Below the pieces are notes generated by a model. The model made no database searches and had not been told where the DNA came from. It saw only the letters and a list, made by a program, of their open reading frames with translations. Below, piece after piece: positions 48,897 to 61,600 of a DNA stretch of 64,000 nt. Source of the stretch: Antedon mediterranea (Eukaryota; Animalia; Echinodermata); the NCBI RefSeq assembly GCF_964355755.1, contig NC_092670.1, forward strand, positions 18,214,795-18,278,794. The letters run 5' to 3'. Each line of letters begins with the position of its first letter. Position 1 is the first letter of the stretch. The position numbers and the translations under genes were made by a program.

Positions 48897-49055
48897 AGCT
48901 CTGTCTACACTATCAAACTTTATGTTACAATAAACAAAATGTGCTCATATATAAACATATGATGTCATATCATTACCATATTTGGACATATCACTACCAT
49001 ATTTGAGGACATCTTACTTTTCTGTCACGTAAAGTTTGATAGTGTAGACAGAGCT
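48897..49055. mobile_element. MITE family A copy
   Basis: Perfect TIR AGCTCTGTCTACACTATCAAACTTTA both ends. Confidence 0.92.
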
Positions 49056-49527
49056 TTAAATTGGAAAGCTAACTCAGCCTTTCTCTGGATTTACAGGGGT
49101 TTTGAATCATTACAAAAATTTAAACCAAAGATCCGAAAATATGAAATAGATGTTTTGAATTGAAATTATGTAAGTAAAAGGGTCAGTTTAATCTATCACT
49201 TTAGGGGATTGACCTCGGCCCCTACAAAAAAATGAAAAAGATGTGTTCAAATCTAGGGTGTTTTATAAACACAGCCTTAGTCCTAACCCCTCTCAATAAT
49301 CAGTGTACAGTTCATAAATTTAAATCTGTTTACGTTTCCAAGTATGACACCACCACAACAGAAACACCTGTAAAATAATACTAATTAAAGTCCTACCACC
49401 TCTCGTTAAAAAGTTCATTCTAGTTCAGGTAAGAACCTACTTCCTCCTCAATTGTATTTAAATATTGTTTTATGCGGCTTTTCAACAGGAAGTGCATTCA
49501 ATATGAAATTTGAACTATACTATCTTA

Positions 49528-49690
49528 AGCTCTGTTTACACTATGAAACTAGTTGGCCAAAAAAAAACACTGTGATGTTCCCAAATATGGTAGTGATATG
49601 CCCAAATATGGTAGTGGTATGAGATCATCATGTGAATATGGGTACATCACATTTTTTTGTCACATAAAGTTAGATGGTGTAGACAGAGCT
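49528..49690. mobile_element. MITE family A copy
   Basis: agctctgtttacactatgaaact ... agttagatggtgtagacagagct. Confidence 0.88.
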
Positions 49691-51151
49691 TAGACATTAC
49701 TGTATGCATGTTGAATGTACTGTACAGTATACCGTACAACTACAAGAGTGATGTGACACTTTGTAATTGTTTTTTGTTAGTTTTTTTACTTACAGTACTT
49801 GTTTTTGTATATCTCAGAGCAAACATAATTTCTGTATATTTTAAATGCAAATAATGACAATAAATGGAAGTAATTTTCTGATGGATGAATGTACAGTACT
49901 GTGTTTAATTAATAACAACACATTATGTAATGTTAACTGTAAATAATTAATTAATGGAATGAAGAATTATGGCATTAATATAAATGGAAAAAAAAACTAT
50001 TTAAAATTCCATTGACATTTTCAAACGAACTTAATTGCCTATGACCACAGTTGAATAACAAGTACATTATGTCTTTAATGTCAGATTGTATGTTACAAAA
50101 TATCCATATTATATGATCACTTTCAACCATAAAATTGAAATTGAAAGCCATTTAATAATTTGCGCAACCCCGCCCTAGTTTAAATACTAGGTTCTTGACC
50201 TCTACGACCCAATAAACGCATTGTCCGTTAGTAATACCAACAGGGAATTAAAAATTAAAATAAAACATGTTTATTATTTGATAATTATATTGTTTTTGTC
50301 CAATTTCAACAACAAACTACAGGCTTATCCTGTAACACTCATCAAATTTCTTTTAATTGTCTCTCTTTAAAAGTTTAATTCATTATTCTTATCTGTAGAA
50401 ATTGGTATCGTTTATATTCTGGTTTCTTTACTAATTATGTTATATTGTCGTTTTACAGTATGTACGGTACATATTTTCAAATTTGCAATAATTTTACAGA
50501 AACATTTGCATTTGAGGTTTAAATTTTAATATTAAATAAACAAAAAAGCAGAACAGAATAACAAGGGAATATATATTTGGATAAAGTGTAAAATCATTGT
50601 ATTGATCATTTGAGAATGAAATGAATAAACTAGTGGTTAACGCCACAAAAGAGAGAAAAAAAAAGGACAGACTGACAAACTAACAAAATATCAAGTAGAA
50701 CAGTAGAATAAAATCATCTTTTATTTCAAATAAAAAAAACATATAAGAATGTAAGAAACATTCCAGGTCACAGCTTGGAGGACCACACATATGCAGGGCA
50801 ATCAAAGACAGCACATTAAATACAATACAATAAAGTAAAGGACCCACATTAAATATTATGTAGAACATGAAAATACACTACATACAAGTTTGAAGAAGAA
50901 AAAATAAAATGTTCTCAACATTTGTTTTTTAATTATTATCCAAGAATGTTTGAGATTTTCCAAAAACAAAAGACAAAATCCGGGAGGTCTTGCACAAAGT
51001 TTATGGATGTACCACAGTATTTTAGGTTGACATTAAAGTGAATGTACTTTTCATAATATCTGTTACAGTGTTTTTATTTTCTAAACTAACATTCTTTATA
51101 ATAGCATGAGAATAGATTGCAAAAATAATGTATAGGAAACATGTTTGCTAA

Positions 51152-51303
51152 AGCTTGGTTCCCACTAGGATTCAAGCATAACACAAGCGAGTTGACCAAT
51201 CACAAGCAAAAATGTTGATAAATCATCGCTTGTGATTGGTGTGATTGGTGAAATTGCTTACGTCACGCATAAGTTGTTGCGTTAGTCCTAGTGGGAACCA
51301 ACT
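51152..51303. mobile_element. MITE family B (Harbinger-like), TAA target duplication
   Basis: taa-AGCTTGGTTCCCACTAGGA ... TCCTAGTGGGAACCAACT-taa; internal inverted ccaatcacaagc/gcttgtgattgg. Confidence 0.85.
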
Positions 51304-53356
51304 TAAGTTGCATAGCCAAGCTACACACAACAATGTGTCCTGTTTACTTATGTTACGTTACGTTTACTATGCATAATTAATATGCTATAGCAACACAATA
51401 TAACATTTCGTTTCTTACTCCAAATTCATATTGAATACATACATATTGAAGTTCAAATTTGTCTATGTACTTTCATTAAAAAAACTGATACTAGTTTGTT
51501 TTTCATATTGATATAAAAAAGCATACAGTATTATTAGACAAAAACAACAGTACTATTTTATTTATTCTGTCACTTTCAGTCATTTTGAATCAACTTCCTC
51601 TGATACCAATACACTCATACAAATAAAAGACAATGCATTAAAAACATTTATGCTTATAAATTGGTTTCATATTAGTTAGAGAGTCTTCTTATTTGATGGT
51701 GTCAATTTTACATTAACAAACACACAGTTAACAGGGGAGTTTCCAGGTTGGTAGGGTAGGGTGGAGTGGGTATAGTGCTAGGAGTACACGCTCCTGCCCC
51801 ACCCTTTTGACTTACAGATAAAATCAAATTATGAACTACTACTACTACTACTTGACAGATTAAATAATATCATATGTTAAAGCGCTCCATTTAAAAAATC
51901 ATGCATTGTTAATAGATTGTTAATTCAGAAAATTTACAAGCAAATAATATATTGCTTTTACCACAAAGTTTGAAAACCCTACACCATAATGGAATAGTCT
52001 GGCAATGTCAAGTTTGTCATCAGTAAAAAAGCAAAGCAGTTCATTCAGTAGGCAACCAGTGCATATGACGCATTATAACAACGTCAAATTCTAAGCCGTT
52101 TCTAACATGGGAATATTGTATTAGACCAACTGTTGATACTAACGATGTTAAATTGCTGTAAATATGCTGAATAAATTAGTTTAACTTGAGCAACTGTGGT
52201 ATTTCAACTATTTGCAAGGAATAATTATTATTGAACTGGTAAATATACTTTTGTATAATAAGGTTTAAAATACTGTACTGTAGGATGGCATTAAGAAATA
52301 GAGATACTGTAGGATATGATCTTATTGATTTTAAAGGATGTATAAGTTTATAATAATTGTCATACTGTACACTGTACAGTCACCCCACCCACACATATTA
52401 GAGTAATTAACATTTTTTTTAATGTATTAATTTTCAAATTATTAATTTGTTATACCCAAATAAAGTAGAAATAGTAGAATATGTAATATTTTAATTGAGT
52501 AATAAAATATTTTTACTTAAAAAATCTGTAATATTTTTATTTGGTATTAAAACAACTATACTATTTATCCAAGTTTACACACTGTAGTAAACAACTTTCA
52601 ATTTGAAAGACTGATGATAATCAAATGTTTGTGAAACAAGTGGTAATTAAAAATCTAAATTATGATTAATTACAAATTTATTATCTTAATTAAATAATGA
52701 CATTTCTTCGTAAGAACATAAACAATAGATCACGCTATTACAGAAAATCCTGAACATTGATAGGGTATGGTAATTGTTATTGTAGTTGCTGGCTACCCCA
52801 CCCATTTATTCCTCAATCTTACAAGTTTCAATGTAAAGTGCTTTATTGGTTACACCATAGAGATATTATAGTTACACCCATTGTATACATAATTCACTAT
52901 TGTACATTAAGGAGAAAAAACAACGCCCTGTATACATACACTGCAGTACTGTATATATAATAATACCTTAATAATAATAGTTTCATGACACTGACCTGAC
53001 AGCCTGTCATGCCCTAAAAATTACAAATGTAATTATTGTATTTCTATAAAAAATAATTGACTAATTGCCTACAATGTCAAACGCCAAATTTTCACAGAAT
53101 CTATATTAAATATGTATTTTATACTGGTAGTAGTACCTAGTACTGTTCATGGCCGTATTTAATGCTTTTAAAATTTTTGAAATTGTGTACAACAATGTCT
53201 ACAAATACAGGTTAGGGACCCTCAGAAAGTCAACCCCGACCCCTCATTTGGGAAATACAGTACTCACTGATACTTACGGTACTGAAGAAATATCTCTTTT
53301 AAACATACGGCCAACCCTACTCAAGAGTCTCAATGTGTCCCCATTATAGGAGTTGT

Positions 53357-53958
53357 CAGAGGCGGATCCAGCATATAGATTATGGGGGGTTAGGACTAAA
53401 TATTTAATAAATAATAAAAGCAATTCGTTGGGTTGCAGAAAAATAAAAATAGTCATTATTTTATTTTAAAATGACATGGCTGTTAAATTTTACCCACTGG
53501 GTATCCATGTAAAAAAAAAAAAAAATTTCTACTGTTAAATACTTATTTTTGGGGTAAAACATCATTTTTTGGTCAAAAATGATTGCTAATTTTTAACCAA
53601 AAAAATGATTTTTTATCCCCAAAAAAGTAGTTAACAGTAGAAATTTAATAATTTACTGTATACCCAGTGGGTCGTACACTACATTATTCAATCACTTTTA
53701 TGTTGGTTCGGTGGGGTTTGCTATGGTTTTTTGGAGGTTTGTGGGGTTTAGCAATCCAAATTACCAAAAAATGATGTTTTACCCCAAAAATAAATTGTTA
53801 ACAGTAGAAATTAAATTTTTTTTTACATTGATATACCAAGTGGGTTGTACACTACATGATTCAATCACTTTTATGTTGGTTCGGTGGGGTTTGCTATGTT
53901 TTTTGGGGGTTTGCGGTATTTAGCAATACCCATTTATCCAGCCTAAATCCGCTCCTGA
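53357..53958. mobile_element. ~600 bp TIR element with internal inverted and tandem ~90-170 bp segments
   Basis: cagaggcggatcc ... aaatccgctcctg ends; 53493-53573 is the inverted copy of 53596-53672; 53596-53755 is repeated at 53763-53927. Confidence 0.7.
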
Positions 53959-55632
53959 TTGTTGACAAACAGTATCATTCATGGCACTGACAGTCTTTCA
54001 CGCTCTGACTGACAAATTCTACACACAGTACTTTACATTCTATCAAGGAAGTCATTTTAACCAGCCAAAACTTTTCAAGAAAGTTACTAGAATTGAAGGA
54101 TGTAGCATAACATCTGGTTTCTTTGAATGTGGTTTTCATTTCTTCTTGTTGGTATGCTTCCTCTGTGGTCTTGTTGGAAGTTGAAAATAGAATTATTAAA
54201 TTATAGAGTTGGATAAGTGGTCGCCAACCAAATCGATGCTAATTAACCATTCTCATGCAACAACTATTAATTACCTTTCTGCTATTTCCGGTTTCAATTT
54301 CTGTGTATTGTTTAATGCAAGTGAATCTGGAATTTTAATTTAATAATTAAAATGTTTAATTAGATAAATATTTTCAAAGTTATTAAAATGTGTAGATGTT
54401 TGATTTCAGTACAGAAGGTTAATTTAATAAAATTGTTTTAACTGTTTTTTTCTCTCTTGTATTTTAATGTTTTTCCTTAAATTCTCTAGTTCTTTTATGA
54501 TCATTTCATTATAAATTTGTTTTGGTTAAAGGCACATATAGCACATGCTCTTAGCCATAGGGATGTACAGTACAGTAGTTTCCTTTTGTCTCTGCCAACC
54601 ACTTACTTTTTTGTATGTTTTTTTTGGCAAGAAATAAAATTAGAATAATTTAGAATAAGTGTGCTATGATAAAATAAGTCCCACACTATATCCCTTGTTT
54701 TTGATAATTTACAGTAGTATTAATTAATAATTTCAATATTAATTAGCACTTTTGTCATTAACATTGAGATGTGGTAGATTCAGGGGCATTCTTCTATCAC
54801 ATACCTGTACAAATGTGTTTATTTCAATGACGTTGTTTGTTGATACACTGTATAGTTTGTGTAATCCTATTAGGAAATAAACGAAGGCCATGGTCGCGGC
54901 TTACGCATTCATAACTTCTTTCTTCACAAATCTAACCAACTAATTTGCATAATGTTACCACATAATATGATAGAGATATGACTATCTGTTTGTGGCGTAT
55001 TAAAGTGGATGTTGTAGAAATTATTTATAATCATGATTTCATAATTAAATGCAATTTAATAATTGTAATCTATGAAAATAATTGTTGACTAATTTGTTAC
55101 AATGCCAAACACCCACTTTTTAAGGAAGAAATCAGATTCTGAATGACAATACCGGTAATGAAATATTTTATATCGGTAGTGTACAGTAATTTAATTGCAT
55201 ACTGAACTGTGCTACTGTGACACAGCTAGGTCTATTTATGCTATTATTGTACATTTCTGACAAACTTGAAATGATAAATACAGCAGTGTGTAATAAGTAT
55301 TCTTCATTTGATCATAAGTAAAAAAATATTTTGTTTTATAAGAACTAGGATTTAGTTTTAGCCTTGGCCCACTCTGAATTGAACAATATTTAGTGGTGGT
55401 TCCTCACAAGGACAAACAGTAGGAAGGCATAATTACTATAAATCCTTTATCAACTCATATCAACTGTGTATTCAATGTCATTTTAATATTTGATTAATAT
55501 AATTTTTCAATCAGTTAATTTCTGTTTTATTTTTAAATATTTAGAAGTTGAATTAGGATGAAAAGATGATCTTGTGAGAAATCAAACGTAAAATTTGGAA
55601 CAAGTTTTAGAAAACGTAACGCAATAACAATA

Positions 55633-58600
55633 ATGGAGGCACCGGTCTACACGCAGGCACCAGTCTACACAAGGGCACCGGTCTACACAAGGGCTCCAGC
55701 ATTTCCAGTTGCTACAACAAATTTACCGGTAACAATCGTCATGGAGAAGTTACCAACGACCACGCCGGATTTATCGCTGATTGACCAATGCGAGACAATC
55801 CATTATTCATTTGACATTCCTATGTGCATTATCTGCTGCTTGTTGCTAATCTTTGGAATCATATTTAGTTTTTTTGGTAAGTACTAATTTAGCAATAGCA
55901 TGTTTGATTCGGGTAACTTTAGGGGCAGATCCTGAGGGTTCTGCTTGGGGTGTGTGCTCCCCTTTTTGATAGCTCAAGTCTATTTCGTGCCTAGCTTACC
56001 TGGATAAACCGATAAATTCCATATTCTACTTGAAGAGTAGAAAATTCATTGAACACCCCCAACCATAATGGTACAGTCCACAAACTATGAACTACTTTTT
56101 GACATCAATATTTGACACAATAATGTTAGAGTGGCCTCTGGATCCACCTCTGTATTATACAGTACTGTACATACTTAAGTGAGGATATACTGTGTGTTGT
56201 ACTGTACATACACACCAGCGATTTGAAGGTGGTGGATTCAACCAGGGAAGAGTGAAATCACGCTTCCCTGGATTCAACCAACTGAAAATAAGTTTGTCTC
56301 AGAAGGATGTACCGAGTATTCTACAATTTGTACATTAGACTAGAGTTGGGCAAAATAAGTGTACTGTATGTGTATGTTTAATCGATCATGACCATGACCT
56401 TCCTTTAACCCCCTCCCCAAATCTACTGTAATACGCCTCTGTAAATGTGTCTGCTACAGTAACATTCTTCAAGTAAATTGCTGTTATGAATCATCGTTAG
56501 ACATTAGATAACGTGACAACTTTTAAACTGCAAATCAGATTATAAATGATTGGTTCATAATTTGTTTAATGTGATTTGTTAGAAAGCCAGATAAACATAC
56601 AGTAGAAACCTTGTCTGAAAAATAACGTGGCTGCACATTAATATCATTGGCAACAAAGAGAGGATTTACAAACATTTTTGATAGATATTACAAGATGGGT
56701 CAGTCCTTCACTCATAATGAGCATTACTTTACTTTTAGACAATTTCGTTAAAATGTATACTTATTATTAACATTATTGTGCAGGCTAGTCATTTGCACTC
56801 TACATTTTTAATATTCAACATTTATTTAGAAACAGTTCAAGAAATAAAAACAAGCATACATTTACAATAAGTTAAATGGTAACAATAAATAAGAAATGTT
56901 TCTGGGATCGGAAAAAGAAGTAATTTAAAAAGACTTGTCAAACAAAAAAACACATTGCCTACAGTATAATACAGTGGATTTTTTCAATTGTTGAAAATAC
57001 ATTTTTACAGACTGCATACATCTTTGTTGGAACTGGTTACTGTACAATATATTTACAATATTTTTGCTTTTTCATTGCCATCAACAGACAGTGGATATGC
57101 TTATAGTTTGTATAGAGGTTTGTTCATCTTTAAAGATGCTATTTACATTGTACAAAGCAGCTGATATATTATATTGAGCTCCTGCTGTGTTACTACAGGG
57201 TTCTCTCTGTATAGGAAGAGATAGTGCCTATGTAAAAAAAATTCATTTATTTATTTGTTTGATCAAAAAACTACAAAAAAAAACAGGTCAAGGGTCAAAG
57301 CAATCTGCACAGTAAGCCTGGAATCCTTAAATATTTTTCCAAGTGAAAATATAAGGCTAATGATAGGTTTTATTTATATTCTTTAAATTTTTTAACATTG
57401 CCAAGTCAGCACTATGTACTTATTATACTGTATGGAAGAAGTGTTACTTTTAATTTAAGAAAAAAACAAAACAACATTCTGTGTAGTAATTTAATTAAAT
57501 TGACAACAAACACTTCTCTACAACATTTACAGATCTAAGTTAATAATATAAAAAAAAACACCACATAATTCAACTGCTACAGTGAGTACTGTACTGTAGG
57601 TCCGGTAGAACCATGTCAATAGGGAGGTTTCGCAACCTTACGAATACGGTAACGAAAACGGATACGTTATCGTATTCGTAAGATTGCGAAACCTCTATTG
57701 TTTAGGTCCTGGGACCACTATTCCAGATCTGCCAGATACTGTAGGCCTATGGATATTTCTTTCTTTGTCGTCAACTAAATCTGATTAACATAGAACAACG
57801 ATACAGTAAAGTACAAAGAACAAGCTAGCTAGCTAACAGACTAATTGCATACATTGATTGTTAAACAAGATCAAGTTTCTACAAAGTGTGAGAACTATTC
57901 AGCCTTCAGCAGGCAGTAGACAGTGTCAACAAATCAAACAAATTTATGTTCGCTTCAACAACTCGCTTATAGGCAATTGAATATGATAGCCAACACAGAG
58001 GGGAAGATATACCTGGCTGACAAGGAGACACATTGATGAAATGATGTACGTGTCGTGTTGATTAAAGCGGTAATGACGTTGATAATACCACCGCACGTGC
58101 GGTTAATCATTTTAGCTGCTAATTATTTATGATAGATTGTATGTCTTATTACCGAGAAGTTTAACAAATTTTAAATCAAAGAAATCGTATGCTTTTCCTA
58201 AAAAACAAAATGAAATCCAAGCATATAGCCAGAGGTACTGTAGTTACTGACTTAAATTATAGTCTGATGGTTGAGGATTTGAACAAACCACCTTTTTCAT
58301 AAAGTGGCCTTTACAAAATATAGACCTGCATTGGAAGTAATGGTAAATAATTACAGTAGGTCTAGCCCTATAATAATTAATAACTCATTATAATTTTTCC
58401 CCTTTTGTGGAAAAAAGGACCTAGCAATTAATAATCCTGTGGTACAGGTTTCAAATCGGTGCTTGTTAGGATTCCAAATGATCTGAGAATAATACGTGAG
58501 TGTCCTTGTTGATTTGTTCAATGTCATGTTTCATTGATTTTCAAGTCAATTGCTCATCAATGCTAAATACCATTACAAATTAACTCACATTATCATAATA

Positions 58601-61600
58601 ACTTAATCATTTTGTTTTGAATGTCTATTATCGTATTAGCATTGTTTAAACAATGGCAAATATATTATATGAAGACATCATTTTCACAATTCAAATGAGA
58701 TTTCCTAGTGTATGGCATACCATGAATGTCCAAGACTTGTACTAGATAAACATTTTGGCACACATTGCGTGTCATACGTATACTGTACTTGAGATAGAAT
58801 CTAGTTCCGAACAAAATCAAAGGAATATAGTACTAACAATATAAAAAAGAAATTTGGGAAAATCTACTACATGGAAGTACAGTAGTATAAAAGGAAGACC
58901 AGCCTTGTCTAAGTATGACATTTTAAATGGTACATTATAATACTATAGTATCATAATTGAGATCTTAACTTTTACTTCAGATGTTGATATTGCAATCTTT
59001 TTAACGGACATAGTTAACAAAAATATATTCTCTTGACATTCTACGGAACATAAAAGTGATTTAAAACACCTGAACATAATAGTTTACACGGAAAGAACCA
59101 CCGGATGCTAACGTTATCAAGACTATTTGTGTCGTGGATAATCCATGTATCCGCCATAATTCGTCGTATAAAACACCTTTGAAACTGTTCATAATTGCTT
59201 TCCCATGCTAACCATGTTCTGTGGGAATGCTGTTTGTTTCTTATATTCTATTTTACTTTCTAAATTCTATTCTTAGTTAGACTGAATGAATGCTACAGTA
59301 TCTGCTATGAGTATGAAGATCCAATGAAAGTATACAGTAGAACAACAAATCGATTACCTACATGTACCGACGTAGAACTAGGCCAAAAAACATAGAGTTA
59401 TTAAGGTTTATTACCACCAGAGAAAGAATGATAGCTGTGATTTAAAAGACATTATTTATACAGTACACTCACTCACGTTTATTTACCCTTACAGTAGAAA
59501 ATTAAAATAAATTTCCTAAGATGTATTAAGTGGGCCCAAATTATTTTTCACTATACAAAATGGTATGTAATTTATGTTGTGAAAAACTTTCCAACTTTTA
59601 TATTAAGTATGAAAAAAACAGAAAAATGTCAAAACCACAAACTCCTTTTTTTCTGAACAAGAGGAAACTAAATTTTAGGAGGAATTTCTAAAAGAAACTC
59701 TATATTTCCCTAAAGCAAGTAACTGCATAATAATTTTATCACCAGGGACCAACATAGTTGCTAAATATATAATTCTATTTTAACTCTATAAATAGTAGTT
59801 TTCCTATGGTGGTAGGTATTTTGCTAGCAAAACAATAATTGGAAAATATGGGTATGAGATTGTTAACGATATGACTCATATTGAGGTTACCTCCAGTAGA
59901 GTTTTGTATGATTAAAATTGTTAGCGTTTGTCTACATTATGTCAACCCCATGCCTTTGGGTCAATTAATCAATGTGGTATTTCCTGAAAAATGATTTGAT
60001 GTTGTAGTGTACAAGGAAATCCCAATGCTAAAATGACATTGATTGACACTCATACTGTATACGGTACCCTATATTCTCTGGTATAATCCCACCCTCTAGA
60101 GCATGAAATTGGGCCGACTTTGTCGGGTGGGACTATACCCGAGAAAACTCATCTGAACTGGCTAGAGAGGTCTACAGTACATCCAGATCAAACGTTAATA
60201 GTAGTACTATACCTGGGGATATGCCTGTTTGTGAAAGTAGGGAGGTGGGATTATACCCGAAGTGGGACTATACCCGTGGACTATAATTACTGTACATCTC
60301 CAGTATGTCTCGCTGTAATTTTGAAGGAGGTTTGCACAAGGTTTGTCGAGGGTTGTGCATTTTAGCAATACCCCTTCCCCTCCTATACAGGACTGGAAAT
60401 TAAATAAAAGTAGTTTGGTAGCAAATGCAACCTGATTTTATTCATGAGGGGTGCGAAACAAATGGCATGACTAGATATGTGCACTACCTACTAAACAACA
60501 TTGAGGTTCACCTTAAATGGTTTTATCTCATGCAAACAAATTTTAATTGAAAACATTAAAAACAAGCACTGCGTTAGATTTGAAACTTCTGAAATCGTGA
60601 TTACATTTTGAGTCAATCAAGTTTAGTTTGCTATTTCTGAAGTGACCCAGAAGGAAAAATCTATAAAACTGTAATCAGACTTGTCTGGTGTTTCTGTAGT
60701 AAGTTTTTATGATGTCATTGGGGTCATATTTGACACTTTGATTCATGGTACTCACTCTACCTGATGTATAATAAACTACTTACAATACACAGTCTTTGTT
60801 CAGTTTGGTCATTCCTGTTTGAATTAGAAAACTACATTTTCAAAAATTGAAAATAAAGATTTTTTTTTTCTTATTTTGATGCCGGATTTAAAATAGCATT
60901 TTTCAAGAAATAATAGAAATAAATATATAACAAATGTTTAATGCAATCACCATCATAACTTGACCTCCCCTTACGATAAGGTCAAATGAATGGCGCAAAC
61001 ATTTTACTACCGTACTAAAACTCCCTGTAAAACTCATATTAACTTTGAATTGTTTTATTTTTGGCAGGTTATCGATGCTTCAAAGCAGTGATGTTCTTAG
61101 TAGGTTTTATGTTTGGAGCGGTCGTTGTGTTATTAATATGCGAAGAGGAGGATCTGCTTTCAACAGGTGCTAACGCAGGTATTGCAGTCGGCATTGGACT
61201 TCTATTAGGATTAATTACCATGCTGGTTCAGTATATAGGACTATTTATGACTGGATTCCAACTAGGTTTACTAATCGCAGTATCGTCTCTTATAATACTT
61301 GAACAATTCTACCACCCGACAACGTTTTGGTTCCCGGTCGGATTAACATTCGGTTGTGGCCTTGTTTGCGCATTGCTAACGTTACAATGGCAGAAACCGC
61401 TTGTTATATTATCAACCGCAATCACCGGCGGATGTACGGTTGTCGTTTGCTTGGATTATTTTATGGAAATGTTTATAATGGCAAAATACGTTTACGATAG
61501 ACTACGTGCAAACGAGTCGATAGCTGTTTGTTGGTTTAGTTGGTTGATCTTAGCAGTGTGGCCGATTGTTGCGGTCGTTGGCATTATCGTGCAAATTCGA

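Noticed and set aside
43000-55500. Additional protein-coding gene in the 13-kb gap
   Set aside because: Only short AT-rich ORFs and transposon fragments; no chain of phase-consistent exons found
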